Source: an uncultured Candidatus Peribacteria bacterium
GTDB taxonomy: Bacteria > Patescibacteriota > Gracilibacteria > Peribacterales > Peribacteraceae
NCBI GenBank assembly: GCA_964611095.1
Contig: CAZSWJ010000001.1
Span: 31,735 to 95,734, forward strand
Length of the DNA: 64,000 nucleotides
Reading direction: 5' to 3'
Position numbers and translations under genes: made by a program. Shown piece after piece: positions 54,597-63,038 of the stretch. The notes under the pieces were generated by a model, which saw nothing but the letters and a program-made list of their open reading frames with translations, searched no databases and had not been told where the DNA came from. Within the stretch, counting starts at the first letter, position 1. Each line of letters begins with the position of its first letter.

Positions 54597-54616
54597 TAAA
54601 TCACATCTTTAGGTTG

Positions 54617-54721
54617 TGGCGGAGCCAACGGGACAAAGAACCCTGCGACCTCTTCCGTGACAGGGAAGCGCGCCTACTTTCAATACCGCACTTCGTGCGG
54701 TGCCATCTGAGCTACGGCGAT
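54617..54721 (-). pseudogene. Degenerate tRNA-Asp-like copy with a hairpin insertion in the D region
   Basis: The anticodon arm CTTCCCTGTCACGGAAG and the 3' end TGGCTCCGCCA are retained. The acceptor 5' strand and T-arm are mutated. Inserted hairpin accgcac-gaa-gtgcggt. Confidence 0.6.
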
Positions 54722-54729
54722 GATGAATG

Positions 54730-54815
54730 TGGCGGAGCCAACGGGACTCGAACCCGCGACCTCTTCCGTGACAGGGAAGCGCTCTAACCATCCCGCGGCC
54801 GCGGGATACGGCTCC
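54730..54815 (-). pseudogene. tRNA-Asp copy whose D-stem 5' half is replaced by the palindrome TCCCGCGGCCGCGGGA
   Basis: Identical to the intact copy except that GCTCAGC is replaced by a 16-nt palindrome (54791-54806). The D-stem cannot form. Confidence 0.6.
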
Positions 54816-54849
54816 ACAGCAAATAGGCTAATAAAGTGTGTGATGAGAA

Positions 54850-54926
54850 TGGCGGAGCCAACGGGACTCGAACCCGCGACCTCTTCCGTGACAGGGAAGC
54901 GCTCTAACCAGCTGAGCTACGGCTCC
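54850..54926 (-). tRNA. tRNA-Asp (anticodon GTC), CCA encoded
   Basis: GGAGCCGTAGCTCAGCTGGTTAGAGCGCTTCCCTGTCACGGAAGAGGTCGCGGGTTCGAGTCCCGTTGGCTCCGCCA folds as a canonical cloverleaf. Confidence 0.9.
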
Positions 54927-55060
54927 ACATACTTGTTCGTCACTAAAACGGTGTCACAAAAGGATCAAGGCGGCTGCAGATCCTACCGCAGCCCAAGTAG
55001 CCTAGCAAATAAGCTCTTTCGTGACAATGCGCCGTGCCGTGGCTACCATGTGCCGCTTCG

Positions 55061-55954
55061 ATGGCTTTTTCCAATCCCCCAAAGGTCTCCGAATGCGTCA
55101 AAGTCCTCGCCGACAGGCGCCTGACGCAGGGCCCCGACGCCTACCGCGTCGACGAAACGATCATGCATTTGGTCCGTGCGTACACGCGGAATTTCCTCCG
55201 CGTCAGCGGGTGTTTCAATCCGAAGGATCCCGACTGGTACGGCCTCAGTCGCGCCAAGAATGCCGCAGGTACCTCGGATAGGCACAAGTTTGCGGTGAAA
55301 TGTTTGGGAGACACGATCGCCACCGCCGCGCTCGTCAAAGAGCTCGCATTCTCTGATCCTCCGATCAACGCAGACAATTCATTTCAATCCGCCGACCTTG
55401 GTAGCGGTACGGGAGTGCTCAGCGTCGGTGCCGCCATCGCCGGACTTCGCGCGGGTGCCAACAAGGTCATCCTCAACATCATCGATTGCGAAGATCTCAC
55501 GCTGGGAATGGCAAATGATACGCTTCACTCGGTCGGCAACCACGTGCAGTGCAGACCGATCTACGGCGACATTACCGATCCGCGTACGTACGACGCCTTG
55601 GATATTGATCGCGTGCGTCTCTGGATGAGTGAGACCATCAGCGACGGTACGCCGCCGCTCAAGATCGTGAACGGCAAAGTCATCTTTACGGAGCATGGTA
55701 CGCATCGTCACGATATCGATCCGTTCCCGCAGGTCGTGGAATGCCTCACGCAGAAAGTGCCCGAATTCTCTGAGCTCGTGACCCGCGGACGCGTCCGTAT
55801 GTTCCCCGATATCTTCAACGGTCTCTACCAACCGGGGGACAAGAATGTCCTCCGTCTCCTGACGTCAAAAAGTCATTCCACACATGGGCCGCTCGCCTCC
55901 GTTGGCTATGATTTTCGACGATATGAGCCTTTCCACAACGACTCGCGTTGGTAA
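55061..55954 (+). CDS. Class I SAM-dependent methyltransferase-like protein
   Basis: ADLGSGTGVLSV (motif I) and IYGDITDP. Start is ATG 55061 or GTG 55034. Confidence 0.6.
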   Translation: MAFSNPPKVSECVKVLADRRLTQGPDAYRVDETIMHLVRAYTRNFLRVSGCFNPKDPDWYGLSRAKNAAGTSDRHKFAVKCLGDTIATAALVKELAFSDPPINADNSFQSADLGSGTGVLSVGAAIAGLRAGANKVILNIIDCEDLTLGMANDTLHSVGNHVQCRPIYGDITDPRTYDALDIDRVRLWMSETISDGTPPLKIVNGKVIFTEHGTHRHDIDPFPQVVECLTQKVPEFSELVTRGRVRMFPDIFNGLYQPGDKNVLRLLTSKSHSTHGPLASVGYDFRRYEPFHNDSRW

Positions 55955-57607
55955 TCACCACGCCTTCTCGATGTATTCGCGAATGCATCGATGTGTATTG
56001 AAGAATCCCGCAAGTCCGATGCTTCGTTTCATGCGCCTGGTCCAACGGACACCGTCCGGGAACGCGTACTCGGGGATCACTTCGTACTGCAGTTGCGTGT
56101 AGAAGTCTTCGGCATCGGCGACGCGCGTGTCATCGGCATCGAGCGCGCTGCTCAGGGGTCCGATGCGCCAACCCGACTCGGGGTCCATGGCGAACGCTTC
56201 GATCCACCAGCCGTCGAGCGTGGAGAGGTTGATGGTGCCGTTGATGCAGGCTTTCATGCCGGACGTTCCGGATGCTTCGTGCAAGCGCGTCGGCGTGTTC
56301 AGCCACACGTCGGCACCGCTCACCATCATTTTGGCGAGGTCGGGGTTGTAGTTCGGCAAGTACACGATTTTCACGCTGTCTTTCAGTGAGCGCGAACGCT
56401 CGATCATTCGTTGAATCACTTCCTGTCCGAATGTGTCGGCGGGGTGCGCGTTGCCCGCGTGAATGATCTGCACTTTTCCGCCGCACACTTCCTTGAGTCT
56501 TTCCAAATTCGTGTACAGAAGTTCGGGGCGTTTATAGGACACCACGCGGCGTGCTCCGGCGATCGTCAGGGTGTCCGTATCGAACGGTACGGGCGCATGT
56601 TTGTTGGCTTCGGCGATGAGGCGCTTTTTGGCTGCCAGATGGGCTGCGCGGAGTTCGTCATCGGGCAGCTCACGGCAGTGCTTCGTGAGTTCCTCGGGCT
56701 TCTCGCGCCAATGCGGAATGTGCTTGTCGTAGAGCGCCTGCATCTCTTTCGATGCCCAGCGTGCGAGGTGCACGCCGTTCGTAATGAAGTCGATCTCCTG
56801 TCCCGGGAACATCCTGCGGCTCACGAGTCCGTGCACTTTGGAGACACCGAAGCTTTTCTTGCTCATGCTGAGTGCGAGCTGCGTCATGCTCAGCCTGTCT
56901 TCGCCGGCGATCTTCTTGATGTGCCACGGCAGGTTGTCGCCGAGGATTTTCCAGGCCAAGTCGTAGTCGAACGCGTCGTGTCCCGCGGCGACGGGCGTGT
57001 GCGTCGTGAATGCGCACGAGGGTTTCACCGCATCGTCCTTGAAGTCGCGTTCGCGCAGGAGCTCGAGCGTGAGGAACGCCGCATGACCCTCGTTCATGTG
57101 GTACGTGCCGATCTCGTTGTGTTTGAGTGAACGCAGCATCCGCACACCGCCGATGCCGAGCACGGCTTCTTGCTTGAGTCGCATCGATCCGTCACCGCCG
57201 TAGAGATGCCCCGTGATCTTGCGGTCATCGAACGTATTTTCCGGCAAATCGGTATCCAAAAAAATCACCGGCACTTCGTGCTTCTTGTGCATCAGCGACA
57301 GCACCCACGCACCGATCGTCACCGTGCGGCCTTCGAGCACGATGGTCACTTTGTTCGGGAGCAGACGCATGTGGTCTTTGGGCTTCCAGTTCACTTCGCT
57401 GTAATCCTGCGACCCGTCGTCACGGATGTCCTGGTGCATGTAGCCGTGCTGCCAGCGCATCGTCACGCACGCCGCACTCACATCCAAATCGGCTGCCGAG
57501 AGCATGAGGTCCGCGGCGAGCATCCCAAGGCCGCCCGCGTACGTCGGTATCTCGGCGCTGAGGCCGATTTCCATGGAGAAGTAGGCGACGCTGAGGGGGT
57601 GCGACAT
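55955..57607 (-). CDS. glgP: Alpha-glucan phosphorylase (GT35)
   Basis: 550 aa. YFSMEIGL...PTYAGGLGMLA N-terminus and PLP-site EASGTSGMKA. Confidence 0.9.
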   Translation of the reverse strand: MSHPLSVAYFSMEIGLSAEIPTYAGGLGMLAADLMLSAADLDVSAACVTMRWQHGYMHQDIRDDGSQDYSEVNWKPKDHMRLLPNKVTIVLEGRTVTIGAWVLSLMHKKHEVPVIFLDTDLPENTFDDRKITGHLYGGDGSMRLKQEAVLGIGGVRMLRSLKHNEIGTYHMNEGHAAFLTLELLRERDFKDDAVKPSCAFTTHTPVAAGHDAFDYDLAWKILGDNLPWHIKKIAGEDRLSMTQLALSMSKKSFGVSKVHGLVSRRMFPGQEIDFITNGVHLARWASKEMQALYDKHIPHWREKPEELTKHCRELPDDELRAAHLAAKKRLIAEANKHAPVPFDTDTLTIAGARRVVSYKRPELLYTNLERLKEVCGGKVQIIHAGNAHPADTFGQEVIQRMIERSRSLKDSVKIVYLPNYNPDLAKMMVSGADVWLNTPTRLHEASGTSGMKACINGTINLSTLDGWWIEAFAMDPESGWRIGPLSSALDADDTRVADAEDFYTQLQYEVIPEYAFPDGVRWTRRMKRSIGLAGFFNTHRCIREYIEKAW

Positions 57608-57613
57608 GAGGTT

Positions 57614-58732
57614 TTAGGATTTGAGTTTGCGTTTCTTGATGTCTTTATCGACGATTTTCTCCAGTTTTTCGATTCCCTCGCGCACATTCGTGGCGCCTTC
57701 GATGAACGTGTGCACGCCGCTCGATTCTTTGACGAATGCGGTCTCCGGCGTCATGCCTTTTTGGATTTGCTCACTCGTCAACTTTGCGGCGTTGCCTTCG
57801 GTCTTGATGTCGACCATCACCGCAAGTTCCTTGGCGATGTCTTCGGCGATGGTCAGCTCCTTTCCTTCGGCATTCTTGATCGTCACGACGATCCCGCGGC
57901 TCTTGGCCTCGGACACTTCATTGAGCAGGTTCTGCGCGGCGTAACTGTCGACTTTCTCTTTGTACTCGTCATCGGATTTATCCACCACATAGTTGCGCTG
58001 CTTTTCCTTGGGCTTGAACGTCTTGCTCGGGTCTTTGGCGCGCTCGTCGAGAATGTGTTGCTCGATGGCGGCGCCCAATTTGCCGAGCGCCTTGTCGCCG
58101 GCCGTCGATTCTTTTTTACCGAGCGCGGCGTTCACTTTTTCATTCACTTCCTTCGCCAACTTTCCGACGTTCGTCGTGGGATTGTCTTTGGCGAGGCCCT
58201 GCGTTTCGCGAATGATCTCATCAATGGAGTTTTGAAGCGTGATGGCGTTGGTTTGGTCACGTCTGTTTGCCGACTCCCTCATTTTTTCCGCTTGCGTCTT
58301 TCCTCCGGTGTCCCCGGTGGCCTTGGCCCATTCTCTGTCCCAGCCCTCATTGAAGCTGTCGATGCCCCTGGCGATATCGATCTTTTCTTGCTCCGTGAGC
58401 TTTCCTTCCACGGCGGAGAAAATTTCCTTCGCATCACCCTGAAGGTTGTCGCGCATGCTTTCGTATTTCTCTTTGAAAATCGCGTCGTCCAACTTTTTCT
58501 CGGCGTCGTCTTCCTCGGTCGAGTGCTCACCTTTTTCTTTTTCGTCACGTTGTTTCTGCTCTTCGTGTTTCGCATCACGTTCTTCTTTCGCCTTCGCTTC
58601 TTCCTCGGGGGTGCGCTTGCTTTCTCCATCATTCGTTTCCGGATTCTTCGAATCTTCGGGCTTTACGCCTTCCGTCTTTTTATTGTCTTTCTTTGCCACA
58701 TCTTCCTCGTCGTGCTGCGGAATTTCAGGCAT
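57614..58732 (-). CDS. Highly charged K/E/D-rich protein (372 aa)
   Basis: Acidic/basic low-complexity N-terminus, no signal peptide. 6 nt upstream of glgP. Confidence 0.6.
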   Translation of the reverse strand: MPEIPQHDEEDVAKKDNKKTEGVKPEDSKNPETNDGESKRTPEEEAKAKEERDAKHEEQKQRDEKEKGEHSTEEDDAEKKLDDAIFKEKYESMRDNLQGDAKEIFSAVEGKLTEQEKIDIARGIDSFNEGWDREWAKATGDTGGKTQAEKMRESANRRDQTNAITLQNSIDEIIRETQGLAKDNPTTNVGKLAKEVNEKVNAALGKKESTAGDKALGKLGAAIEQHILDERAKDPSKTFKPKEKQRNYVVDKSDDEYKEKVDSYAAQNLLNEVSEAKSRGIVVTIKNAEGKELTIAEDIAKELAVMVDIKTEGNAAKLTSEQIQKGMTPETAFVKESSGVHTFIEGATNVREGIEKLEKIVDKDIKKRKLKS

Positions 58733-58758
58733 ACGGCGTTGGTATTGATATTAGGTAT

Positions 58759-58767
58759 ATTATATCA
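58759..58767 (-). promoter_or_regulatory. Extended -10 TGATATAAT (minus strand)
   Basis: In an AT-rich 72-nt spacer, 26 nt before ATG 58732. Confidence 0.5.
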
Positions 58768-58804
58768 TTTTTTTATCAAAATTACCATTATTCGATATCC
58801 GTCG

Positions 58805-59089
58805 TTAGGCGCTCAAAGCTTCCATAATTGGCTCATAGCGCGGGATGCTTTCCAGGTAGCCCCACAAGAACAATTTGGTCTCCTGACGAAGCAGGCGAAC
58901 GGCCGCCGTGGCATTCGGAGTCACGAGCAAAGAATCGATCAAATTGCGCGCTTCTTCCACACTGGCATCAGTCCGCTCCAGCACATCTTCATCGCTCACG
59001 TCGGGCACCAGCGTCACGCCCTTGCTGTCCCGTAGCAGCAGTGCCGCGGACGAATCGATCTGCCTAGCGATATCACGCGCTTGGAGCAT
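58805..59089 (-). CDS. Hypothetical protein (94 aa)
   Basis: ATG 59089 (MLQARDIARQIDSS...). The longer 121-aa form starting at 59170 is less plausible. Confidence 0.45.
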   Translation of the reverse strand: MLQARDIARQIDSSAALLLRDSKGVTLVPDVSDEDVLERTDASVEEARNLIDSLLVTPNATAAVRLLRQETKLFLWGYLESIPRYEPIMEALSA

Positions 59090-59215
59090 TGAAATGCAGT
59101 GTAGGCTCGTGCCGCAGGAGGACAATCGTTTCTTCGGCATTTTCCAGCCGAGCCCTTGTTGTTGCGACAAAGTCGATGCGCAGGAAACATGCGGACAGAG
59201 GCGAAGATCGTCATC

Positions 59216-59221
59216 TATACT
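59216..59221 (+). promoter_or_regulatory. -10-like TATACT 8 nt before ATG 59230
   Basis: TATACT-N8-ATG. Same hexamer as upstream of aspS. Confidence 0.4.
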
Positions 59222-59229
59222 TCATCCGC

Positions 59230-60615
59230 ATGATCGACCCACACATTTTCCGTGCCTACGACATCCGCGGCAAAGCGGGCAAGCAAATCACCGATGAAGC
59301 CTGCTTCCTCATCGGCCGCGGCTTCGGGGAAATCCTCGTGGAGAAGTATGGCAAGAAGCCGAAGGTCGCCGTCGGTCGCGATGCGCGCACGCACAGTCCG
59401 GGTTTCCAAAAGAAAATGATGGAAGGTCTCGCGGCGTCCGGTTGCGACGTCAGCGACATCGGCCAAACGCCGAGCCCCGTGAACTACTTCACCATCTGCA
59501 ACGCGAATTTCGATGCAGGCGTGCAGATCACCGCGAGCCACAACCCCAAAGAAGACAACGGCATCAAGCTGCAGATCCGCGACGCCGAAGCGTTCAGCGG
59601 TGACGATCTCCAAGTTCTTCGCAGGCGCATCGAAGAAAAAAACTACCCGCTTTCTACCCGCAACTCGCTACCGGCTTTTCAATCTTTTGACGCGCTCACC
59701 GCGTACATCGAAACGCTCGCCACCACGTTCCATGGCGTCGGCGAAGGCAAGCACGTCGTCGTGGACGGCGGCAACGGTGTCGCGGGTCCCGCGTACTGCG
59801 AAGTACTCAGGCGCGTCGGCTGCACGGTCACCGAAATTTTTACGGAGCCCGATGGAGAATTCCCGAACCACCCGGCGGACCCCAGCAAGCACAGCACGCT
59901 CAAAGATTTGCAGGCCAAAGTTTTGGCTTCCAAGGCCGATCTTGGGCTTGCCTACGACGGCGACGGCGACCGCATGGGCGCGGTGGATGAGAAGGGAAAC
60001 ATCGTCACGGCCGACCAAGCACTCTTGCTCCTCGCGCACGATCATCTCAAGCGTCATCCGGGAGCACCGATCATCTTCACGGTGAGCAACTCGTCACTCC
60101 TGGAAACCGAAACGAAGAAGTGGGGCGGCGTCCCCGTGATGTGCAAAGTGGGCCACTCGTTCGTGGAACACGCGATGCGCGAACACGACTCCAAGCTCGG
60201 CGGTGAACAAAGCGGGCACTTCTTCTGCGGCGAAGAGTATTACGGTTTCGACGATGCGCTCGTGGCATCACTTCGGCTTCTCGCGGTCCTGAAGCACGGC
60301 AAGAAGCCGCTGTCCGTTCTCATCGACGCATTCCCCAAGGTCTACCAAGCGCTTGAGCGTCGTCCGCACTGCGCCGACGATAAAAAAGCCGACGTCGTCC
60401 GTCGCATCACGGAACATTTTCAGAAAACTCACCCCGTCGTCACGCTCGACGGCGCGCGTATCGACTTCGGTGACGGTGCGTGGGCCGGAGTCCGCTACTC
60501 CAACACGAGTCCGTGTCTCAGCATCTGCATCGAGGCGCGGTCGGAAGCGAAGCTGAAGGAGGTGGAGGGGGTTGTTCTGGGGGTGCTTGGAACGTATCCG
60601 GAGGTGGATTTGTAG
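59230..60615 (+). CDS. Phosphomannomutase/phosphoglucomutase
   Basis: From ATG 59230 (MIDPHIFRAYDIRG). ITASHNP active-site loop and YDGDGDR metal loop. Confidence 0.9.
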   Translation: MIDPHIFRAYDIRGKAGKQITDEACFLIGRGFGEILVEKYGKKPKVAVGRDARTHSPGFQKKMMEGLAASGCDVSDIGQTPSPVNYFTICNANFDAGVQITASHNPKEDNGIKLQIRDAEAFSGDDLQVLRRRIEEKNYPLSTRNSLPAFQSFDALTAYIETLATTFHGVGEGKHVVVDGGNGVAGPAYCEVLRRVGCTVTEIFTEPDGEFPNHPADPSKHSTLKDLQAKVLASKADLGLAYDGDGDRMGAVDEKGNIVTADQALLLLAHDHLKRHPGAPIIFTVSNSSLLETETKKWGGVPVMCKVGHSFVEHAMREHDSKLGGEQSGHFFCGEEYYGFDDALVASLRLLAVLKHGKKPLSVLIDAFPKVYQALERRPHCADDKKADVVRRITEHFQKTHPVVTLDGARIDFGDGAWAGVRYSNTSPCLSICIEARSEAKLKEVEGVVLGVLGTYPEVDL

Positions 60616-60630
60616 AGGAAAAGTCAGGGT

Positions 60631-61075
60631 GAGCGAGTAGCGGTTGGCGGGTAGCGGGTAGATTGCAGCTTTTGACGAAGCGATCATGGTGGCATGACCC
60701 ACCTCCCCTTTACCAAGCTCATCGTCTGGCAAGCAGCGATGACGCTCGTGAAACACATTTATTTGTATACCCGACAATTTCCTTCATCGGAGTTCTATGG
60801 CCTCAGCCAACAAATGCGCCGAGCCGCCATCTCCATACCCTCAAACATCGCCGAAGGAAGTCAGCGGACGTCCGATAAAGAATTTTCCTACTTCCTCCGA
60901 GTCGCCAAGGGATCTTTGGCCGAATTGGAGACGCAAATTCTGCTGTCCATTGAACTTAAATACATGAAGAAAGTATCCTCCAATGCTCTGATGGAGGACA
61001 TTCATGTATTGTCGAAAATGTTACGGTCGCTCATCGCGAAGGTTTCTACCCGCTAACCGCCACCCGCCATCCGCC
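60631..61075. repeat. GGGTAGCG-type inverted-repeat cassette carrying a four-helix-bundle ORF
   Basis: The left arm gagcgagtagcggttggcgggtagcgggtaga pairs with the right arm tctacccgctaaccgccacccgccatccgcc. The ORF stop codon lies inside the right arm. Confidence 0.7.
60694..61056 (+). CDS. Four-helix-bundle protein (23S rRNA intervening-sequence protein family-like)
   Basis: 120 aa. LIVWQAAMTLVKHIY, ISIPSNIAEGSQR and GSLAELETQ motifs typical of the family. Confidence 0.8.
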   Translation: MTHLPFTKLIVWQAAMTLVKHIYLYTRQFPSSEFYGLSQQMRRAAISIPSNIAEGSQRTSDKEFSYFLRVAKGSLAELETQILLSIELKYMKKVSSNALMEDIHVLSKMLRSLIAKVSTR

Positions 61076-61107
61076 CTCTTCTTTCACTCACCGGCAAGGT
61101 CTGGAAT

Positions 61108-62688
61108 GTGAAAAGGCCGACGGCTGTGACAAACATCGCCTCGCTCCTCCGCTCCGAACGCGGCATCGTCGACGATCCCTCGGCCAAACTTTCGGACCCT
61201 TTTTTGTTTGCGGAGATGAAGAAAGCGGTGACGCGCATCAAGAAAGCGATCAAGGATAAAGAAACCGTCGCCATCTTCGGTGACTACGATGCCGACGGCA
61301 TCACGGGGACGGCGCAGCTCGTGCGATACTTCCGCAGGCACGGAGTCGAGCCGCTCGTGCATCTCCCGCACCGGACGAAAGAAGGCTACGGGATGAAGAA
61401 AGAAAGCATCGATGCGCTCAAGAAAAAAGGAACGACGCTCATGATCACGGTCGATACGGGTATTGCCGCACACGCCGAAATCGCGCATGCAGCCGAACTC
61501 GGCATCGACACCGTCGTCACCGATCACCACCGTCCGCAGGGTGGCAGGCCCGCGGCCTTCGCCGTCATTCATCCGCTCGTTCCGTCGGAGTTTCCGAACA
61601 AGCATCTGTCCGGCTCGGGCGTTGCGTTCATGCTCGTCCGTGCGCTGGAGGACGGCAAACCGTGGGACGGCATCGACGTCGATATCGCGCTCGCCGCCAT
61701 CGGCACCGTCGGTGATTTGGTTCCGCTCACGGGCGAGAATCGCGTGCTCGTTCTCCATGGCATCAAATTCATGCAGGCATTGCCCCCCGGGCCTCTCGCC
61801 GAGTTCATCGAGAGCGTTCGCACGAGCGGGTCACTTACCGCGTCCGACGTGGCATTCCGCATCGTTCCGCGCATCAACGCCGCGGGACGCATGGCGCACC
61901 CCGAGACGGCTCTCCAGGCCCTGCTGCAGGGCGGTGCGGCGCTCGAGGAACTCCACAAGCTCAACGGCGACAGGCAATCGTTCGTGGAGGAGCTCGACAC
62001 GTTGCTCCGGAACGAAGACGTCTCCAAGCATCCGTTCATCGTCGTCGGCAGCGACAAGGTCACGCCCGGGACGGCGGGACTCCTCGCCAGCCGCTTCACC
62101 GAGAGGTACGGCAAGCCGGGCCTCGTCTTCGCCATTCTCGGCGAGACCGCCGTGGGTTCGCTCCGCAGCCCCGAACAGATCGACGTCATGAAGTGCTTGG
62201 AGCATCCGTCGGTCAAATCTCTGCTCCTCACGTTCGGCGGTCACGCCCAAGCCGCGGGTTGCACCGTTCGTGCCGTCAATATTCCGAAACTTCGCGAAGC
62301 ACTCTCGCTCGCGGTGCGCGAACAGCTTGGTCCGGACGAAGAGCTGCTCCCGACATTGTCCATCGATGCCGAACTTCCGTCGAAGTCCGTCACGATGCGT
62401 CTCGCGAAAGAACTGCTGTCACTCTCGCCGTTCGGTGCGGGCAACGAAGAGCCGACGTTCTTACTGCGCCGTCAGCAACTCACGGACCTGCGCGTCGTCG
62501 GAGCCGAGGGCACGCATCTCCAGTGCCGCATCGGCGACGTCAAAGGCATCGGATTCCGTTTGGGTGCATTCATCGATCATCTCGGCGGAGAAGAGCACGT
62601 CGATATCGCCTGTCGCATCGGAGTGAACGAGTGGCAGGGGAGGGAGAGCGTGCAGGTGGTGATTGAGGATGTGCGTGTGAGTGAATAA
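61108..62688 (+). CDS. recJ: Single-stranded-DNA-specific exonuclease RecJ
   Basis: 526 aa. DYDADGITG, VVTDHH and GGHAQAAG motifs. GTG start. Confidence 0.9.
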   Translation: MKRPTAVTNIASLLRSERGIVDDPSAKLSDPFLFAEMKKAVTRIKKAIKDKETVAIFGDYDADGITGTAQLVRYFRRHGVEPLVHLPHRTKEGYGMKKESIDALKKKGTTLMITVDTGIAAHAEIAHAAELGIDTVVTDHHRPQGGRPAAFAVIHPLVPSEFPNKHLSGSGVAFMLVRALEDGKPWDGIDVDIALAAIGTVGDLVPLTGENRVLVLHGIKFMQALPPGPLAEFIESVRTSGSLTASDVAFRIVPRINAAGRMAHPETALQALLQGGAALEELHKLNGDRQSFVEELDTLLRNEDVSKHPFIVVGSDKVTPGTAGLLASRFTERYGKPGLVFAILGETAVGSLRSPEQIDVMKCLEHPSVKSLLLTFGGHAQAAGCTVRAVNIPKLREALSLAVREQLGPDEELLPTLSIDAELPSKSVTMRLAKELLSLSPFGAGNEEPTFLLRRQQLTDLRVVGAEGTHLQCRIGDVKGIGFRLGAFIDHLGGEEHVDIACRIGVNEWQGRESVQVVIEDVRVSE

Positions 62689-62778
62689 GCGGGTAGCGGT
62701 TAGCGGGTAGAAACCTCGCTACGTAAAAGAGGAGCAGCGTCTTTTTGGCTACCCGCTATTCGCTACACGCTACTCGCC
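62689..62778. repeat. GGGTAGCG-type inverted-repeat hairpin (empty loop) between convergent recJ and the XRE gene
   Basis: Left arm gcgggtagcggttagcgggtaga, 37-nt loop, right arm ctacccgctattcgctacacgctactcgcc. Confidence 0.75.
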
Positions 62779-63000
62779 CTACACGGGAACAAGCCCCCCT
62801 TCCACCTGGAAGACTTCCGTCACCGGCGACTGCAGAGCCATGGCGATTTTGTAGGCCAAGAGAACTGACGGGTTCGTGGCGCCGCGCTCGATGCTCATGA
62901 CGGTCTGGCGGCTGACTCCCACGCGAAGCGCGAGTTCCTCCTGCGTCATGCCGCGTTCAAAACGAAGACGGCGGATTTGATTGTGGAGGATGGCTGGCAT
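62779..63000 (-). CDS. XRE-family helix-turn-helix transcriptional regulator
   Basis: 73 aa. LRFERGMTQEELALRVGVSRQTVMSIERG. Confidence 0.9.
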   Translation of the reverse strand: MPAILHNQIRRLRFERGMTQEELALRVGVSRQTVMSIERGATNPSVLLAYKIAMALQSPVTEVFQVEGGLVPV

Positions 63001-63021
63001 GTGCGGGAGAAACAGGAAATC

Positions 63022-63038
63022 CGTTTGGAAACCAAACG
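63022..63038. promoter_or_regulatory. 17-nt perfect palindrome CGTTTGGAAACCAAACG (candidate operator)
   Basis: Lies between the -10-like TACAAT (63053-63058, minus strand) and the XRE start codon. Confidence 0.4.

Larger units (their letters stand above)
53839..54607. repeat. Copy B of the duplicated cassette
   Basis: See copy A. The left 59 nt also match 52378-52436. Confidence 0.8.

Noticed and set aside
54791-54806. The palindrome with NotI/SacII sites (TCCCGCGGCCGCGGGA) as a cloning or assembly artefact
   Set aside because: It is embedded in an otherwise native tRNA copy with native flanks, and a different hairpin occupies the same position in the next copy. An artefact cannot be excluded without reads, so it is kept as a finding rather than dismissed entirely.
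51604-54926. Calling the region a prophage or integrative island
   Set aside because: No integrase, transposase or phage structural gene is visible in the window. Only repeat structure and a GC shift support mobility, so it is reported as a hypothesis and not as a mobile-element feature.
54609-55124. ORFs 54609..54791 (-) and 54720..55124 (+)
   Set aside because: They run through the tRNA-Asp copies. Their repeated peptide strings simply mirror the tRNA repeats.
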